Source of the DNA: Camelus dromedarius
Taxonomy: Eukaryota
Length of the DNA stretch: 64,000 nt
Assembly: GCF_036321535.1 (NCBI RefSeq)
Contig: NC_087436.1
Location: forward strand, 51,276,001-51,340,000
Direction: 5' to 3'
A program made the translations under genes and the position numbers. Shown here piece by piece: positions 25,250-39,007 of this stretch (positions within the stretch are counted from its first letter, which is position 1; each line of letters starts with the position of its first letter). Under the pieces are notes generated by a model, which saw only the letters and a list, made by a program, of their open reading frames with translations, ran no database searches and was not told the DNA's origin.

Positions 25250-25535
25250 GCACGCTCCATGTCCTGTCTCTACAATTCATTTTCCCCTTTGTATGTTGCC
25301 AAACTTCTGCGCATCTTTCAAGACTCAGCTCACGGCACTTCCTTATGAAGCCTTTCCTGGACTTCCTTTTATCTCCTGGGAGAAATAAATTCTGCAGTTT
25401 TGGTTCCTAAAGCACCTTGCACATAATGCCAGTATCTTGCGGTCGACAGTAAAAGGTTTACCTCCATCACTAGGATGCAAAGTCACTTTTGTAACCCTAG
25501 GACTAAGTGATGTTTAGTACTCAATTCTTAGTAAA
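25250..25535 (+). mobile_element. L2 3' end fragment
   Basis: catctttcaagactcagctca...ccttatgaagcctttcctg...ctttTgtaaccctaggactaag. Confidence 0.65.
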
Positions 25536-26239
25536 GTCTGTGGATAGAGATTACATACTTAATTTCCAACTTTATATGAAAATGCAAGTGCTTTGCTAGA
25601 GACATGAGTGAGGTAGAGTGGCAAGGGTTACTGAAGAGTTGTGTTCTGCAATTGCTGATAAACTTGCCTTGGAAAACATCAACCATTCGGCATCATTCCA
25701 GTCACATTGTCTCTGTAATTTGTCCTTCTTTTCCTAGCATAGCACTCCTGGCAACAATAATGGCTTAATGCAGATACCCTTGCTGCAGGCAGGTGTGGTT
25801 GGTAATGGATAGAATTTGGAGCTATCTCAAAGATTTACTTTGGACTCTGTCTGATGTTTCAAGCTCTTGGTTTTGGCACTCCTGTCATTTGCCAGTTGTC
25901 AAATAAGTTGAGTCATTAGTCTAGCCTTGTCATCTGGGAGCCTCCAAATGATTGATATGGCTCTGCTGCACTTCCCAACGGGATAATTAAGCATCCACTC
26001 AGCTCTATCTACCTGGTTTTATAAATGCAAACTAAAATAAAAACAGTTATGCCATTCATTTTTCTACCTGTAAAAGTAGCAAGCTTGGAAAATGCATTTG
26101 AACAAGCTATTTAGTCTCTCATATTCAGTCTCTAAAGGACAAATTTCTTGTTGGCAAAATTAAACCTTGCAATTCTTTTGCAGCTAACAAAATAATCCCC
26201 TCCATTTGTCTATTTTGCATAGAGATTTTGTGTACATTT

Positions 26240-26345
26240 TTCTTTCTTCCTGACAACAATGCTGTGAAAAGCACAATCATTATTATCCTCACGTTATAGA
26301 TAAAGATCCTGACACTTACATCACTTAAAGGTCATATCCAGTTCC
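26240..26345 (-). mobile_element. MIR fragment
   Basis: acaacaatgctgtgaaaag...attattatcctcacgttatagataaaga. Confidence 0.55.
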
Positions 26346-27874
26346 TCTGACTATTATATTAATCTCCTGCCATATTGTGCTACCAAACATCCTGTTATAC
26401 AAAACAGATGTCTGAATATTGCATCTACCGCTATGCTATTCTCCCATCCAGGGTCTATTTCTAAAGTATACAGTTTTTGACAAACTTGCCTGTCAGGATA
26501 TCGGGATCTCTTAGGGGAAGCTGTGGGGAAGGGGAGTAAGCCAGACTGGGTCATCCCATCCTAGAGCAGAAAACTTGTCTCCAAGGTAGAGCAATAAACA
26601 GCCTAAATTGCAGGGTAGGATGAAAAGTGATAACTCAGTCCCAGAACTGATGAGAAATTAGTGAGACATTCCCCACTTGCCTACACAAATGGTTCCTTTC
26701 AAAGGCATGGTGCTTATTGTCTCCAATATAATGTGGCTCTTGGATGCTACCCAGTCAGCAAAGTAGAAACTCCTATTTGGCAGGGTGAAGCCAGCCATGG
26801 TTTCCTGGTGTGCTGAATCAATAGGAAATGATTTTGGAAAAATACAGCAACGACAGCAACAAATGGCTTTGAACTTTTTCAGCCAAATACTGTATAACGT
26901 GAACTGCCAAGAATTTCCCCTGTGACATCCTTTTGCGGATGATAACATATGACTTCGAACTTTTGCCCTGTATATGCTATATGGCCTTCATTCTTCAGAC
27001 TTGATTAAACCAAAATTCTTTCTAGAGTGAAAGTACATTCCTCTAAGGACCTTTAGTTTTCTTCTTTCTTGCCCAATTAGGTCACGTATCCCAATGATAT
27101 TGTCTGCATCTTGGCTCCCAGTCCCATCTCTATTTTTCCTCTGTGTCTCTGTGCTTTTTTCCTCTCTGTTTTGAATATCAAGATAAATCTCAAAAAACAG
27201 TTACCATATAATTCCTCACACATCTGGGTAGCCAGGTTGTCAGCGAAAAGGAGTGGGTAGGGATGAAGGGAGGATGAAAGATTGATTGAGCAGACTTGGG
27301 AGCAGCAGGATTTGGAGGCGGCAGGGTGGGTTGTGGAGAACTGGCAGAGAGGAGCTGTGAAGGCTGGAGTGTCATTCTGTGGAAATTGATGGTAGGGTTA
27401 GAAGGGGTCAGTTTACTGTTGGTGGTTTCCTTTTCCATTTGTTTTATCATTTCGGCTTTGAGATGGTAATATTTTGATTTTGTGACTATTTTACAATGGA
27501 AAACACTGTGAATGTGATAAAATGGACAGTTTGTAGCAATGTGCTGGAATTGGCTCTCATGTACATGTAAACCAGTATGTCAAAAAACAAGCTTTCTTTT
27601 TGTCACTTGGACACTTCTGGCCAATTCTGGAGAAGACTTACAAGGCATAGGCAAACTTCTGATAGACTCTGTTCCACTTTTGGATTATAAAGTTTAAGTT
27701 TTCAGACAAAGCTAAGTAGATATACTGAGATCTAGACACTCTCACACCTCCTCTTCTCTTCTTGTCTCCTTTTTCTACCAAATATGAGCATTTCTAAACA
27801 TAGTCTAGACCCAGCTACAAACAAATAACATCAAAGTGTCTTGCAAATCAAGATCTACTCACATTTCCTCAATG

Positions 27875-28130
27875 TTGATGATGACGATGATGATGACAGA
27901 GAATATTTATTGAGCACTTACTACCTGACAAGCACAAAAGGCATTTTATTACATATATGTATTATATACATTATTTCATCTACTATTCTCAACAATCTGA
28001 GGTAACATTACTCCCAATTTAAAGATGAAAAACTTGAGGTTTAGAAAGACTAACCTGCCTAATAGTATCCCACAGCTTAGTGGTAGAGCTAGGAGTGGAA
28101 CACTGATCTCTTATTTCAAAATTCATAGTC
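27875..28130 (-). mobile_element. MIR with (GAT)n at its tail
   Basis: gatgatgacgatgatgatga; atatttattgagcacttact; cccaatttaaagatgaaaaacttgagg. Confidence 0.85.
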
Positions 28131-28549
28131 TCATTCTATATGCAATATTACACATGAGGTGTTTTTGTTATTGTTGTTTTTCTTTTTCCTGAGTGGTGTT
28201 GCCAGTAAAATAATATTCCACAAAAAGGAGAGCTACCAATGTACCAGGCAGCTTTATCCAAACTCTGAGGCAACTGCTGAAAATGTACAGAGTAAGATTT
28301 CTAGAGTTGAAGTTATGGTCCATTTCTATGCAAGTCTCAGAGAACTCCTCCAATCATTAAATATAATGTAGGCTAACTATGCACCCCTTATTTTATTCTA
28401 GGATTACTCATTTTAGCTGATTGAGGTGATTATAATTGCATGTCTATAACTTAGTAAGTTTCATTTGCCTATTGTGATGATTTGAAAGCAAGATCCCAAA
28501 ATTTCCACCATTAATCTTTACATCTGAAAGAATCAAAATAAAAATAGCA

Positions 28550-28750
28550 CCAATTACTGAACATCTACTAGTACAGACACTGCACTAACTGTTTTACATG
28601 TCATCTTATTTTGATTCTCACTAAGATGATACAGACTACATGGTATGATTTTAAGCTTACCATAAAGAAACTGAAGCTCAGAGAAGTTGAATAACTTGGA
28701 CAAGAACTTTTAGCAAGTTGTGGAGTCAGGTTTAGAACCAGCTCAACACA
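28550..28750 (-). mobile_element. MIR
   Basis: tactgaacatctact...taaagaaactgaagctcagagaagttgaataacttg. Confidence 0.8.
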
Positions 28751-29849
28751 ACCCATTTGATCAATCCATAAATGTTCCCTGAGCATCACCTCTGTGCCAG
28801 GCACAGAACTATGAGCGTGATTTCCACAGAGCACATGTCAAACGTGGCCTTGCAGATCTAATGAGTCAGGATGGTTTGGCTCCCTTGTGAGCTGAGTGCC
28901 TCCAACCATGATGACAAATCCTGTATACGTTTATAGTTTATATTTCTCTTCTTTGAACTTATCATTCATAAACATTGTCATGGAAAAACCACGCCTATTA
29001 AGTAATACGTTTTTCATGTTACTGCCATTCAGCTCCACATGGTTTTCTTGACTTAGTTTCAGACTTTCTGATAGAACATAACTTACCATGATCAAGACAG
29101 GTTAGGGGCAGATAGCTTTTCGTAAAACAAAGCAACAACAGCAGTCAGAGTGAATTTAAGCAAAACTCCTCAAAACCATTTTCAACGGCAAGTCTGAATA
29201 TATAACTTTTGAAACAAACTGGTTAAGAAACTCGTCCTTGGAAAGTGTGTTTCCTTCCTTGAATATCAATGAAGAGCTCTTAAGTCTGGTAGTAACTGTT
29301 CTAACTTGGGCAGAAAATGCCAAGAGAACTGCACTTTGACCTTCCTTGAGGCTGTCATTTTAAATTGCTGTCTTTGTTACAGGCCTCACCCCATTTCTAA
29401 ATTTAAGCTTAAATTCTGTGGCAAGAATCTGCCACTTCTATCACATGATAAAAAAGAAATGGTCTCTTTAAACCTTAAAAAAGGAGGTTGAAGACATCGG
29501 GCTCTGTGAGAATGGACAGACATTCAGAATCTAGATTTCTTTGGGTTTCACTCCCTATGGTGGGTTCGATTTCTCTGTTCCCCCTACCTCTACCCCTCAT
29601 TTAGTAAGTTTTTGCTTTAACCACGACTCCTTGTAGCTTGTTGTTGATCGAAACCAGAGAATAGATTACTGTTATGAAATTAAAAAGCATAAACCTGCCG
29701 AATGAACTCCCTTAAGGAGCATTTAAAGCAGGTCCATGTATTTATGGTAACCTCTATAATTGATGACTTAAATGAGCACTGCTTGTAAAGTAGAGAAATA
29801 CACTTAACTAACTTTAGCTGTCTCTAATAACATTACTGTCAAAAGAGCT

Positions 29850-30050
29850 ACCATTGATATGTCATGCATCAGTAAAACATGTGTGAACTAAATGCTTTCC
29901 ATGTATTGCCTTCTATAAATGCTCACCACAACCTGTGAACAACTCTAATTATATCTCACTTTACAGAAAAGAGGACCATCCTGATCATGGTCACACAGTT
30001 TTTAAGTGTCATAAGGAGCATTCATAGACAGTCTAGCCAGTTCCAGGACT
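29850..30050 (-). mobile_element. MIR fragment
   Basis: ctaaatgctttccatgtatt...atctcactttacagaaaag...atggtcacacag. Confidence 0.65.
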
Positions 30051-30084
30051 TGAGCACACCTTCTTCTCCTGTTAACACTGAATA

Positions 30085-30560
30085 GTCAGCAGTTGCTTAT
30101 TGAGCATGCATTGTGCGTAGGATGCTGGGGATATGTTAGGAAGAGCAGCTGGACCGCCAAGCTCTTAGATCATGCAAGTCACCTGGGGGAAACCATATGA
30201 ATGGGTGATAAAGAGTGGTGAGTACATCATGCAGAGGGAGCACATGGTGTTACCCAAGGAGACAGAAAGGCTCTGCTCATGAGGGAGGGGCAAGGGGCAG
30301 GAAAGGCTGCCTGGAAACTAGTGTTTAGTTGAGAGAAAAAGAACAAGTGGGAGTTGGCCAGAGATAGAAGGGTTAGGAAACAGAGAAGGGCAATTCTAAG
30401 CAGAAGACCAGAGATCCAGACACAAGACAGGGCCTGGATGGTAGGACAGGAGGTGGTTCTGTAGGGCAGGTGTTAGTTAGGGCTGGGGTTTGGACTGAGG
30501 CTGGAGAGGACCAGATAAACTGGACCTGGTTTCCTAAGGAGCTAGGACTACCTTGATGTC
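30085..30560 (-). mobile_element. L2 3' fragment
   Basis: ttattgagcatgcattgtg...gatgctggggata...caggaaaggctgcctggaa...gggcaattctaagcaga. Confidence 0.7.
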
Positions 30561-31429
30561 CAGGGAGACTTCTCCAGCTATCAAGTGGTCTTTGTGGCTG
30601 TAATTCGCAGGCTCATTTGCGTCATTGGATCTCCTCATCCTTCCAATGATTAGAATTGCCCAAGCAGAGGGCAGTTCTCCATCCCCCACTGAAAGCTCTA
30701 GTTTTCAATTGCTGCCCTTTGATTCTGCCTCTTGCTTGCTCTGCTCTGTAACCGTGTGCTTGCCTTGGTTATCACCTTATTCAGGGGAGCAAAAATGGGA
30801 ACATTTGGCCCTGAGAGCCCTGAATGCCTAATTAGTGGTGCTTCTTGAACGTCCATATCAGGCTTAATAATGTGACACCTAGGCACTGCCCTCCTGCACA
30901 CTTTTCAATGCCTGCTCTACCCCCTCTGCCACCACTCCTTAATTATACACTTTACAAAAACCCAGGGAATGTCATGAAGTACAGGCCGTTAAGGAAATCA
31001 CTTAAAAAGATCGATCCAAGTTATGTTGTTTCATTTCCACGATGCCTGGTGGCTATTCAAATGAATACAGTTTCTTTTTTAAAAAAACATTTTTTTTTAA
31101 TGATACTTACTTTCTAACAGATGGGACCCACTTGTTTCAATATGATTTCTGTTTTTCAGAGGCACACTCTATTTTCTCCTGGGTGAATCTGTAAGTATGG
31201 AAAATTGATCACTCAAGACATTAATAGTCTCTGGCAACAGGTAGGAATGATCAAGTTAACCAATGAGGGGAGAACAAAAATCCGTGATATTCTGACATTA
31301 ATTGCTGGTGGTGCCGGTCTTTGAAATACTGATGTTAATTTTTTACTGTGTGATCCATTTGACTCCAGAGAGCACTGGGAATTCTGCCAGACTTTGGCTC
31401 CACCACCACTTGTCTCTCTTTAAAATAAG

Positions 31430-31530
31430 CATTTGTATAGCGCTGTCATCTTCATGAATCTCTTCAGGAGTTGTGCCGGGAAAGCCAGAATTGTTATTCC
31501 CATTTTACAGATACGGAAAGTGAAAGACAA
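31430..31530 (-). mobile_element. MIR core
   Basis: ttgttattcccattttacagatacggaaagtga. Confidence 0.7.
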
Positions 31531-32069
31531 AAGGGAAGTAAAGTTCTAAATATTTTAGCAAGGTATTAGGCCTTAAAATTTCCAGTTTGTTATTAAGCTT
31601 ATTGAGTTTTCCTATTGACTGAGTTGTGCTGCCTCTTTCTACATCAGCAGACCAGATTCTAAGAGGGGCAGGGCATTAAGAGTTCAGGGTCAGTGTTTAG
31701 GGTGATGATGCCATACGTCACCCAGTCCCAGTAAAGCCTCTGCTTGCATGGTTTGTTTTCTTTCCTTTTCGTTTTTTTTTTTTTTTTTTTTGGCGATTAT
31801 ATCCTTAAGGCTAGAAAAGAATAGAATGCCGCTGACTCGAGTTCTCTTATCTTAAGTGAAGAAGAAATAATCTTCCTCTTTTTCCTCTTTATTTACATAC
31901 AGAAATCTCTCCTCTTTATTTACATACATAAATAAAAAGACTCATATGTAAGGGCTATTCACTACAGGAGAAAAACTTGCATAGTACCCTATGCTTATGC
32001 TAAACAATTCTGGTGTTGCAAGGAGGGTAAGACACACAGATAACTCTATGTTAATATGATATTAACAGC

Positions 32070-32290
32070 AGCTTAAATGTATTGAGTGCTCAAGACATTT
32101 CAGGCATTTTACGTATATTATTTCATCTAATGCTCACATTAGTCCACCGAGGAAGGCTATATTATTATGTTCATCATATACATGAGAAAACCAAGGCTTG
32201 GGAAGATGAACAAGTTGCTTGGAGACACATAACCAGGAAGGGAGAGCCAGGTCTCAGAAGCCTATGGTCTGACTCCCAAACCAATGAGTC
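32070..32290 (-). mobile_element. MIR
   Basis: atgtattgagtgctca...tatattatttcatctaatgctcac...catgagaaaaccaaggcttggg. Confidence 0.8.
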
Positions 32291-32299
32291 CCTCTCTGC

Positions 32300-33400
32300 T
32301 CGTCCTTTTCAACATTATTTAGCCATTCATGGGCCTTTGTTCTTGCCAATAAATTTTAGACTCAATTTGTCAGTTTCTACAAAACATCCTGCTGGACTTT
32401 ATTTTTAATGCATCATCTTTAAAGATTAATTGAGGGAAATAAGATGTCTTAACAATAACTTGTTTCAACCGAGACTCAATGGAGTCTTTCTCCGTTTATT
32501 CAGATGCTCTTTTATGTTGCTTGATAAAGATATTTGCTTTTTCTTCATAAAAGCCATGTGCCTTCTTTATTAGGTTAATTTCTGATTGCTTTATCACCTT
32601 TGTTGCTGTTAAAGTGGCCTTTTATTCTGGTTTCGTTTCCTGTTTTGTTATTGCTGCTATAAAGAAAATTGTTTTTTAAGTTGACCTTGTACCAAACAAC
32701 CTTGTTTATCAATCTTAACTGTGTCTAGTAGTTTGGGACTTTGTTTGCTTTTCTTTATAAATGATTATATCATCTGAAAATAATTACAGTTTTGTCTCTT
32801 CCTTTCCAATTTTAGTAATTTCTTTTTACTTTTTCTCCTAGACCAATGCTGAACAGTGGAGGTGACAGTGAACATTCTTATTTCGTCATCTCACGGAGCA
32901 TTCTTGTTTCTTCATCTGAAAGGAAATAAATCTCAAAGAGATATTTTATGTAATTCTTGGGGACAGGAATAATCAAGTTAAGGATGAATTCTTTGTTTTA
33001 CATTTTTGTTTTCTTTTTACATTACACAGTATTTTTGATCAATTAATTATATGATTTTTCTCCTTTTGGAGATGTGATGACTCTCCTGATAGATTTTTCT
33101 TTTATTAAATCATATTTAACATGTAGATTTAATATGTAAATGAAAATGAAGGAGTTTGGGATAAACCCTATGTGATCTTTGCTTTTTATTAATATCAATT
33201 TGGATGTGTTTAAATAACATTTTATTTAACAATTTTGTATCAATGTTAACAAGCAATTTAGTTGTATATTTCTTTTCTCAATAGGGATTCCCACTTTGTT
33301 CTGGAATCAAGGTTGATCTAGCCTCTTAAATAAATGGGCAGCTTTCCCACTTTTTCTGCTTCTTGGAAAACCTGAAAAGGATACAAACTATCTAATCCCT
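32300..33400 (-). mobile_element. Old L1M ORF2 remnant
   Basis: tagccattcatgggcctttgttcttgccaataaattttagactcaatttgtcag; ttgaccttgtaccaaacaaccttg; tttgggataaacccta. Confidence 0.8.
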
Positions 33401-33419
33401 TGTTGAATTCTCCAAAATA

Positions 33420-33745
33420 TCACCAGACAACCTGTTACTAAAGAACAACTAAGTTTATCTGAATGCACTACAGTAAGGGATTAAAGCCATTTTGACAGAG
33501 TTTTGGTATTTCAGAGGAGAAGTCAGAATGGATATATACGTAGGGTTTGGGGGTCTGGGCGGAAGTGGTTTCAGATGGGTCTCCTTTGGGATTGGGCAGA
33601 GTTTGTGATATTGTTTAGGTCTGGTGGGTACAGTGAAGTGAGTCTTGTGAAGTGAACTGTGTGTGATGAGCAACCTGTCTACTCAGGGGAGTGCACTGTT
33701 TTCTTCTTCAGTAAATTGATCTGTAGGAATTTCCACAGGCAAACT
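33420..33745 (-). mobile_element. Probable ERV LTR fragment
   Basis: G-rich segment with LTR-like antisense text (aacaactaagtttat...ttgggattgggcagagtttgtgata); family not identified. Confidence 0.4.
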
Positions 33746-33759
33746 GCCTGCTGAGAAGA

Positions 33760-34990
33760 CAACACTTGAGCAGAGACCAGAAGACCATAAAGATCTATGG
33801 ATAACCAGTGGAAAATCATTTCAGGGGGAAGAAACAGCAAGTGCAAAGGCCCTGAGCTAGGAGGAATGTCAGTGGAAAAGCAGGAGACCAGTGTGACCAC
33901 AAGTCAATATCAGAGCAGAAATGGAGAAATCAATCCCAGAGAACATCGTAAGGACTCTGAAGTTTACTCAGAGATACAGAAAACCATTGTGGATTTTTAA
34001 TGGGAAGAGTGACATACTCTGAATTAAATTTTACAAGGATTACAGTGGCTGTTGTGATGAGATTAGCTTTTAGGGGAGCAAATTAGGATGTAATATGTCA
34101 GGTGAGAGGTAATACGGTTTCTTAGATGAGAGTGGAAGTGAATGGAATCAATATATATATATATAAGCTAAGCAAACAGATTTTGCCAATATATTGAATG
34201 TGTGTTGTGAGAGAAAGATAAAAGTAGAGGAAGCAACACGAGTTTTGGGCTGAACTAGCGGAAGAGTACAGGTGACATTTACTGGGAAGGGAAAGGCTCC
34301 TGGAGGAGCAGGTTTTGAAGCTGTAGATACAGGAGTTTGGCTTTGGACGTGTTGATGTGAGGTGCCTTTTAGATATGCAAGTAGAGATGTCATACAGGTA
34401 GATGCCCCTGGAGCTCCAGGGAGCGGTCCCAGGTGGAAGTAGGAATGTGATTTACTAGCAAATAGGTGGTATATAAAGTCAGGAAACTGGATGAGATCAG
34501 CTCTGGAACTAGCACAGATAAGAGCTGCGCTGGGATGATTCTAGGCTCTCCAGGGTTCAGAGGATAAAGGGAAGCAGAAGAACCAGCAAAGGATATTAAG
34601 GGCAACAGCCAAGGCTGTGGAAGGAAGGCCAGGAGAAAGAGTGGTGTCCGGGAAGCCAAGTGACATAATTGTTTCAAGGGGGAAAAGAGTGTTCAGCTTT
34701 GGCCAAACGAGAGGCTGAATAAGATTTCGTTCACCCTGGCAGCACGGTGGAAGTGCTCGGGGACCTTGAAAAGAGCAGTCTGGGTGAGCCGTGGGGATAA
34801 TCACCTGACTGGAGAAGGTTCAAGAGCCACGGAAAAATGGGGATGGGAGGCAGGAAGTGTAGACGACTGTTTTGAAGAATTTTACTATAAGTGGGAGCTA
34901 AAGAGGGAAGTAGCATTAAGAGGTTCTGTGTGCTAATGGAAATGACTCAGTAGAGGGGGAGCAATTATGATGTTAGACAGAGGAGGGTTG
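33760..34990 (-). mobile_element. L2 (L2a-like) fragment
   Basis: aaacagcaagtgcaaaggccctgag; ttggacgtgttgatgtgaggtgcctttagatatgcaagtagagatgtca; gaccttgaaaagagcagt. Confidence 0.9.
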
Positions 34991-35089
34991 CTCAAGTGGT
35001 ATCAATTGATCTATTTCTCCCCATAATTCTGCCTGCTTTTGCTTTGCTTATTTCATACACACACATCTGTAACTATTAGAAATTTATTA

Positions 35090-35250
35090 TATGTTTCCAT
35101 ATATTATATAGTTATATATGGGTATATACACTTATGTATAATATATAGTAATACTATGTTATATTATACTATATAGTATATAACATGTTAATACAATTAA
35201 ATAATATATAAAATATAATTATATATACTGTATATTTATATCTATAATAC
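35090..35250. repeat. AT-rich (TA)-like low complexity
   Basis: Degenerate tata/taata runs. Confidence 0.85.
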
Positions 35251-35254
35251 CTTA

Positions 35255-36780
35255 GATTTACTCTTGCTTCTTCAGATATATAATGGTCCTTCTGGTGCTG
35301 TATGCTTTTTATGTCTCCTGTCTGTTTTTACTGTTGCTTCCACAGCTGTCTTTTGGTTCAAATTGCTTGAAACATCATCTCTTTATTTTCAACCTCTTAA
35401 TATACTTTTCCTTTAAAATTTATGTCTAATAGATAACAGTACTGATTCTTATTTTTTAATCTGAAGGTCACTATGTAATTTTTGAATTTAGTTCATTTGT
35501 ATTATTTTAATTATTACATTAGTTCTTATTTGGGACAGCTTATTTGATGATTGTATATTTATCACTTTGGTGTTCTTTTCCCCTACAATTCATCGAACAC
35601 GTGAATTTTTCTTATACTAGTTGAAAGTTGTGTATTCTGTTCATTCTTTGAGTGTTTTTTTCCCTGAAGGTAAAAGGACAATACATATGTTTATTTTTTC
35701 CCCAAACAAGGCATGTCCTTGGAATGTTCTTACTGCTTTTGTTCTGTTTCTATCCTCAAGTTTGTTTGTTTGTTTGTTTGTTTTTCCCTTGACGTTGTTA
35801 TCATTTAGACATTGATTTTCTGGATTTTCTGGATATTTTTTCTTTTTTGGCTAAGTTTTGGTCTTCTGCTTCTTGTTTGGTAATTGCTTATTTACATCAC
35901 AATTCAAAAAGGTATTAATTTGTTTTCTCATACTTATTCCTCATGTCTTTTTTTTTAAATTGAAGTATAGTCAGTTTATAATGTTGTGTCAATTTCTGGT
36001 GTACAGCATAATGTTTCAGTCACACATATACATATATATATATTCCTTTTCATATTCTTTTTCACCATAAGTTACTACGAGATATTGAATATAGTTCCCT
36101 GTGCTATACATTATAAACTTGTTTTTCTATTTTATATATAGTAGTTGGTATCTCCAAATCTCAGACTCCCAACTTATCCCTTCCCACCCTCTTTTCCCAC
36201 TGGTAACCATAAGTTTGTTTTCTATGTCTGTGAGTCTGTTTCTGTTTTGTAAATAAGTTCATTTGCCTTTCCTTTTTTGATTCCACATATGAGCGATCTC
36301 ATATGGTATTTTTCTTTCTCTTTCTGGCTTACTTCACTTAGAATGACAATCTCCAGCTCCATCCATGTTGCTGCCTCATATCTTATGAAGATATTTTTAC
36401 ATTGATTTCTTTTTTCATGAGTGCTTCCTTCAAGAACATTTTAAAAGTGGGTTCTTGTGCAGTCAATTTTCTGAGTCCTTTATGTCTAAACATATCTTTA
36501 TTTCATTCTCATTTAAAAATTTGCATTTTAGCAGGATATATTCTATGTTCAAGTATTCAGTCCGTTATACTGTAAAAATGTTACTTCACTGTCTTCTTGC
36601 ATCCAGTGTCCTTGACATATGATACCTATTTATTATTGTTCTTTGTAAGGTTGTCTGCACCTTCTCTTTAATATACTAAAGAGCTTACATAATTTTCACT
36701 TTGTTTCTGATGTTCTTGTAATTTATGATAATGTATTCAGATACGGAATTTTTTTTATTGATTCTGTTTGGCACTCTTTA
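35255..36780 (-). mobile_element. Old L1M (ORF2 5' end/ORF1) remnant, interrupted
   Basis: ttttctgagtcctttatgtctaaacatatctttatttcattctca; cactgtcttcttgcatccagtgt. Confidence 0.65.
35950..36373 (-). mobile_element. Young 5'-truncated cetartiodactyl/camelid L1 3' end with TSD
   Basis: ttttttaaattgaagtatagtcagtttata...gaatatagttccctgtgctataca...tccatccatgttgctg; TSD cctcat(g/a)tctt at 35939-35949 and 36374-36384. Confidence 0.93.
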
Positions 36781-36919
36781 CTTTAGATATTGGAAAAATA
36801 AAACAAGACATGGTTTGGCTGCATAAACATAATGCCAAATATATTAACCTGCATAAATGATTTTTCATAGTTGCCTATTACCATGCAGGAAACAATGATT
36901 ACATATATTTAACAATATC

Positions 36920-37145
36920 TATCCATTTATTGATTCCTATTATGTTAGGCTCTGTGCAAAGAGATTTTCATGCATTATTTTTAAATCATTACAATAGCTT
37001 TATAAAATAGATATTATTGTTTTTTCTGTTTCTAGAAGATGAAGGAATTGAAGCTTGAAACACCTGCATAACGTGCCCAAGATCACTTAGCTAACTGGTG
37101 AAGCCAAGGCAGGATCTAATTGCAAGTTGTTTAACTCAAGATCTT
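36920..37145 (-). mobile_element. MIR
   Basis: ccatttattgattcctattatgttaggctctgtgc...gtgcccaagatcacttagcta. Confidence 0.8.
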
Positions 37146-37329
37146 ACTTCCATCACCTTGTTACCTTGTATTTTTAGTTATATATACATTGTGATAAATT
37201 TTCCTGCTTAATTGATCAATACTCTAAACATGTATGTTTTAGTTTTGTAATTTTTTTTGTTTAAGTAGGAATTTTATTTACCTACAACTTCAAAAAAATT
37301 ACATACTTGTATTTATATGCATGTGGGCA

Positions 37330-37372
37330 GCGAGAGAGAAAGAGAGAAAGAGAGAGGAGAAAAGAGAAAGAG
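37330..37372. repeat. (GA)n-rich purine tract
   Basis: gagagagaaagagagaaagagagaggagaaaagagaaagag. Confidence 0.9.
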
Positions 37373-38214
37373 TTTTAATGCAAATTGCTTTGAGACTAAT
37401 TTAATAATTTGGCACAATTGTGATAGTAATTGCTGTGTCTGTCAGAGCACAGAATGGCTATGCAAAGGACATGGTTTAGAGGCACTATTTGCTCATTACT
37501 CTCCCCCTTGCAAAGTGTCACCTCCTGGTTACTGCTGAAATAATCTCACTATTAGTAAAACAAATGTAAGAGCCACTTTTGAAAGAAGAAAGATTGCTAA
37601 CTAAGAGCTGTGGGCAGGGTTCTAAGCCTCTCTGTCTTTGTCAATAAGAGTACACATTTGTCACCAGTATGTCCTGTTAACTCTTTTTCTAATGTTGCTC
37701 CTTAGAGTCTAATCACAAGCTAGAAAGGCAGCCTGTAATGTCGGAATCAAATGAGTAAAATGCTGGGGCAGCAGGAGGAAGAGTTCAAATGTTGATTTTA
37801 GAATAACTCTCTTCCTACATCATTTCTCTGGGGTCAAATTATACTTTCCAAAGAACACATATGATTTGAGTTTCAAATAAAAACAAGTAGTTTCAGTTCT
37901 TTGATTAGCCAGTCACTTTTACCATTCTCTCTTTAACTTCTTACAAATTCTGTATTCAACGTGAGAGCACATTAATGCAGGGGAAAGACATTTTGACCGT
38001 AACAGGTTAAACTTGTGGACAAGGGAGCTGTTTCTTCAGTATTCTTTTAACTGTAGCTTTGTGACTCTCCTATTGGCTTGGGACAGAACTTTGTCTTATT
38101 TATAGTTGTTCACTTATAAAAAAAGAGGCTCCTGTGTCCTGAACTTAATAGTGGCTTGATGGCATTCAAATGGTCCTGGCTGCTGTGACTGTAACCCTTA
38201 GACTTCCATACCTG

Positions 38215-38400
38215 CCATAATAATAATAACTACCGTTTCTTGAGTACCGAGAATTTGGAGCACGTTATTTACGGTTCTCTCAACAATCTGTGAGGGAGAT
38301 ATTATTATCCTCACTTTACAGATGAGCAGACTACAGGAAATTTCCCAAGGGCACCCAGCTGTAAACATCGGAGCTGGGATTCAAATCGAGACTTACCTAC
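38215..38400 (-). mobile_element. MIR
   Basis: attattatcctcactttacagatgagcagact...cccaagggcacccagct...ggagctgggattcaaa. Confidence 0.85.
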
Positions 38401-39007
38401 AATGCGCCCATTCCTCACACATCACTGCCCCCTCACCAACAATGTAGTGCATCTTTACCTATGCTGATTCGTTGACTTTATTGAAGTCCCGTTGGTCTCT
38501 ATCCCTTGGTACCACATCGGTCAGTGCCTTGCTTATGAGTAGTTCAGATGTTGAAATCCTGTGCCAAAACTTGTGTTTTTATTTTCAGAGCACATTTAAC
38601 ATTCAACAGTTCTCTAAATAAAACATTTCTGTGCTTAATAACTTCGAGCGAATTCAGACTTGTATCAATTTACTGTTGGATTGGAAGTGGGAGGGTGGGA
38701 ATCATGTGCAAACATAGAGAGAGTATTTACTTTGTATTTTCTAGGTTCTTTTTTCTTGACATAGCCTAATCTAGTAAAAGAATTATGCTTTCAATACTAA
38801 ATAAGCCACTAATAGATTGCTACCAGAAGACATCTACAGATTCAATCCAGATAGGAGACTGCCTTCGATCTGGCTGAAATCTGATGCGTTTTCTCCCCAA
38901 TACTACTCAGTGTCTGTAATGATTAGTTCCCTGAGATTTCTACAATTCAAAGGCTAATTTATAGCTAAATCAGATCATATGGTTTATAGTACCAAGGATC
39001 TCTGCTC

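Noticed and set aside
24918..25388. Longest ORF (156 aa)
   Set aside because: No recognisable domain or coding-like codon usage, and its 3' part runs into an L2 fragment.
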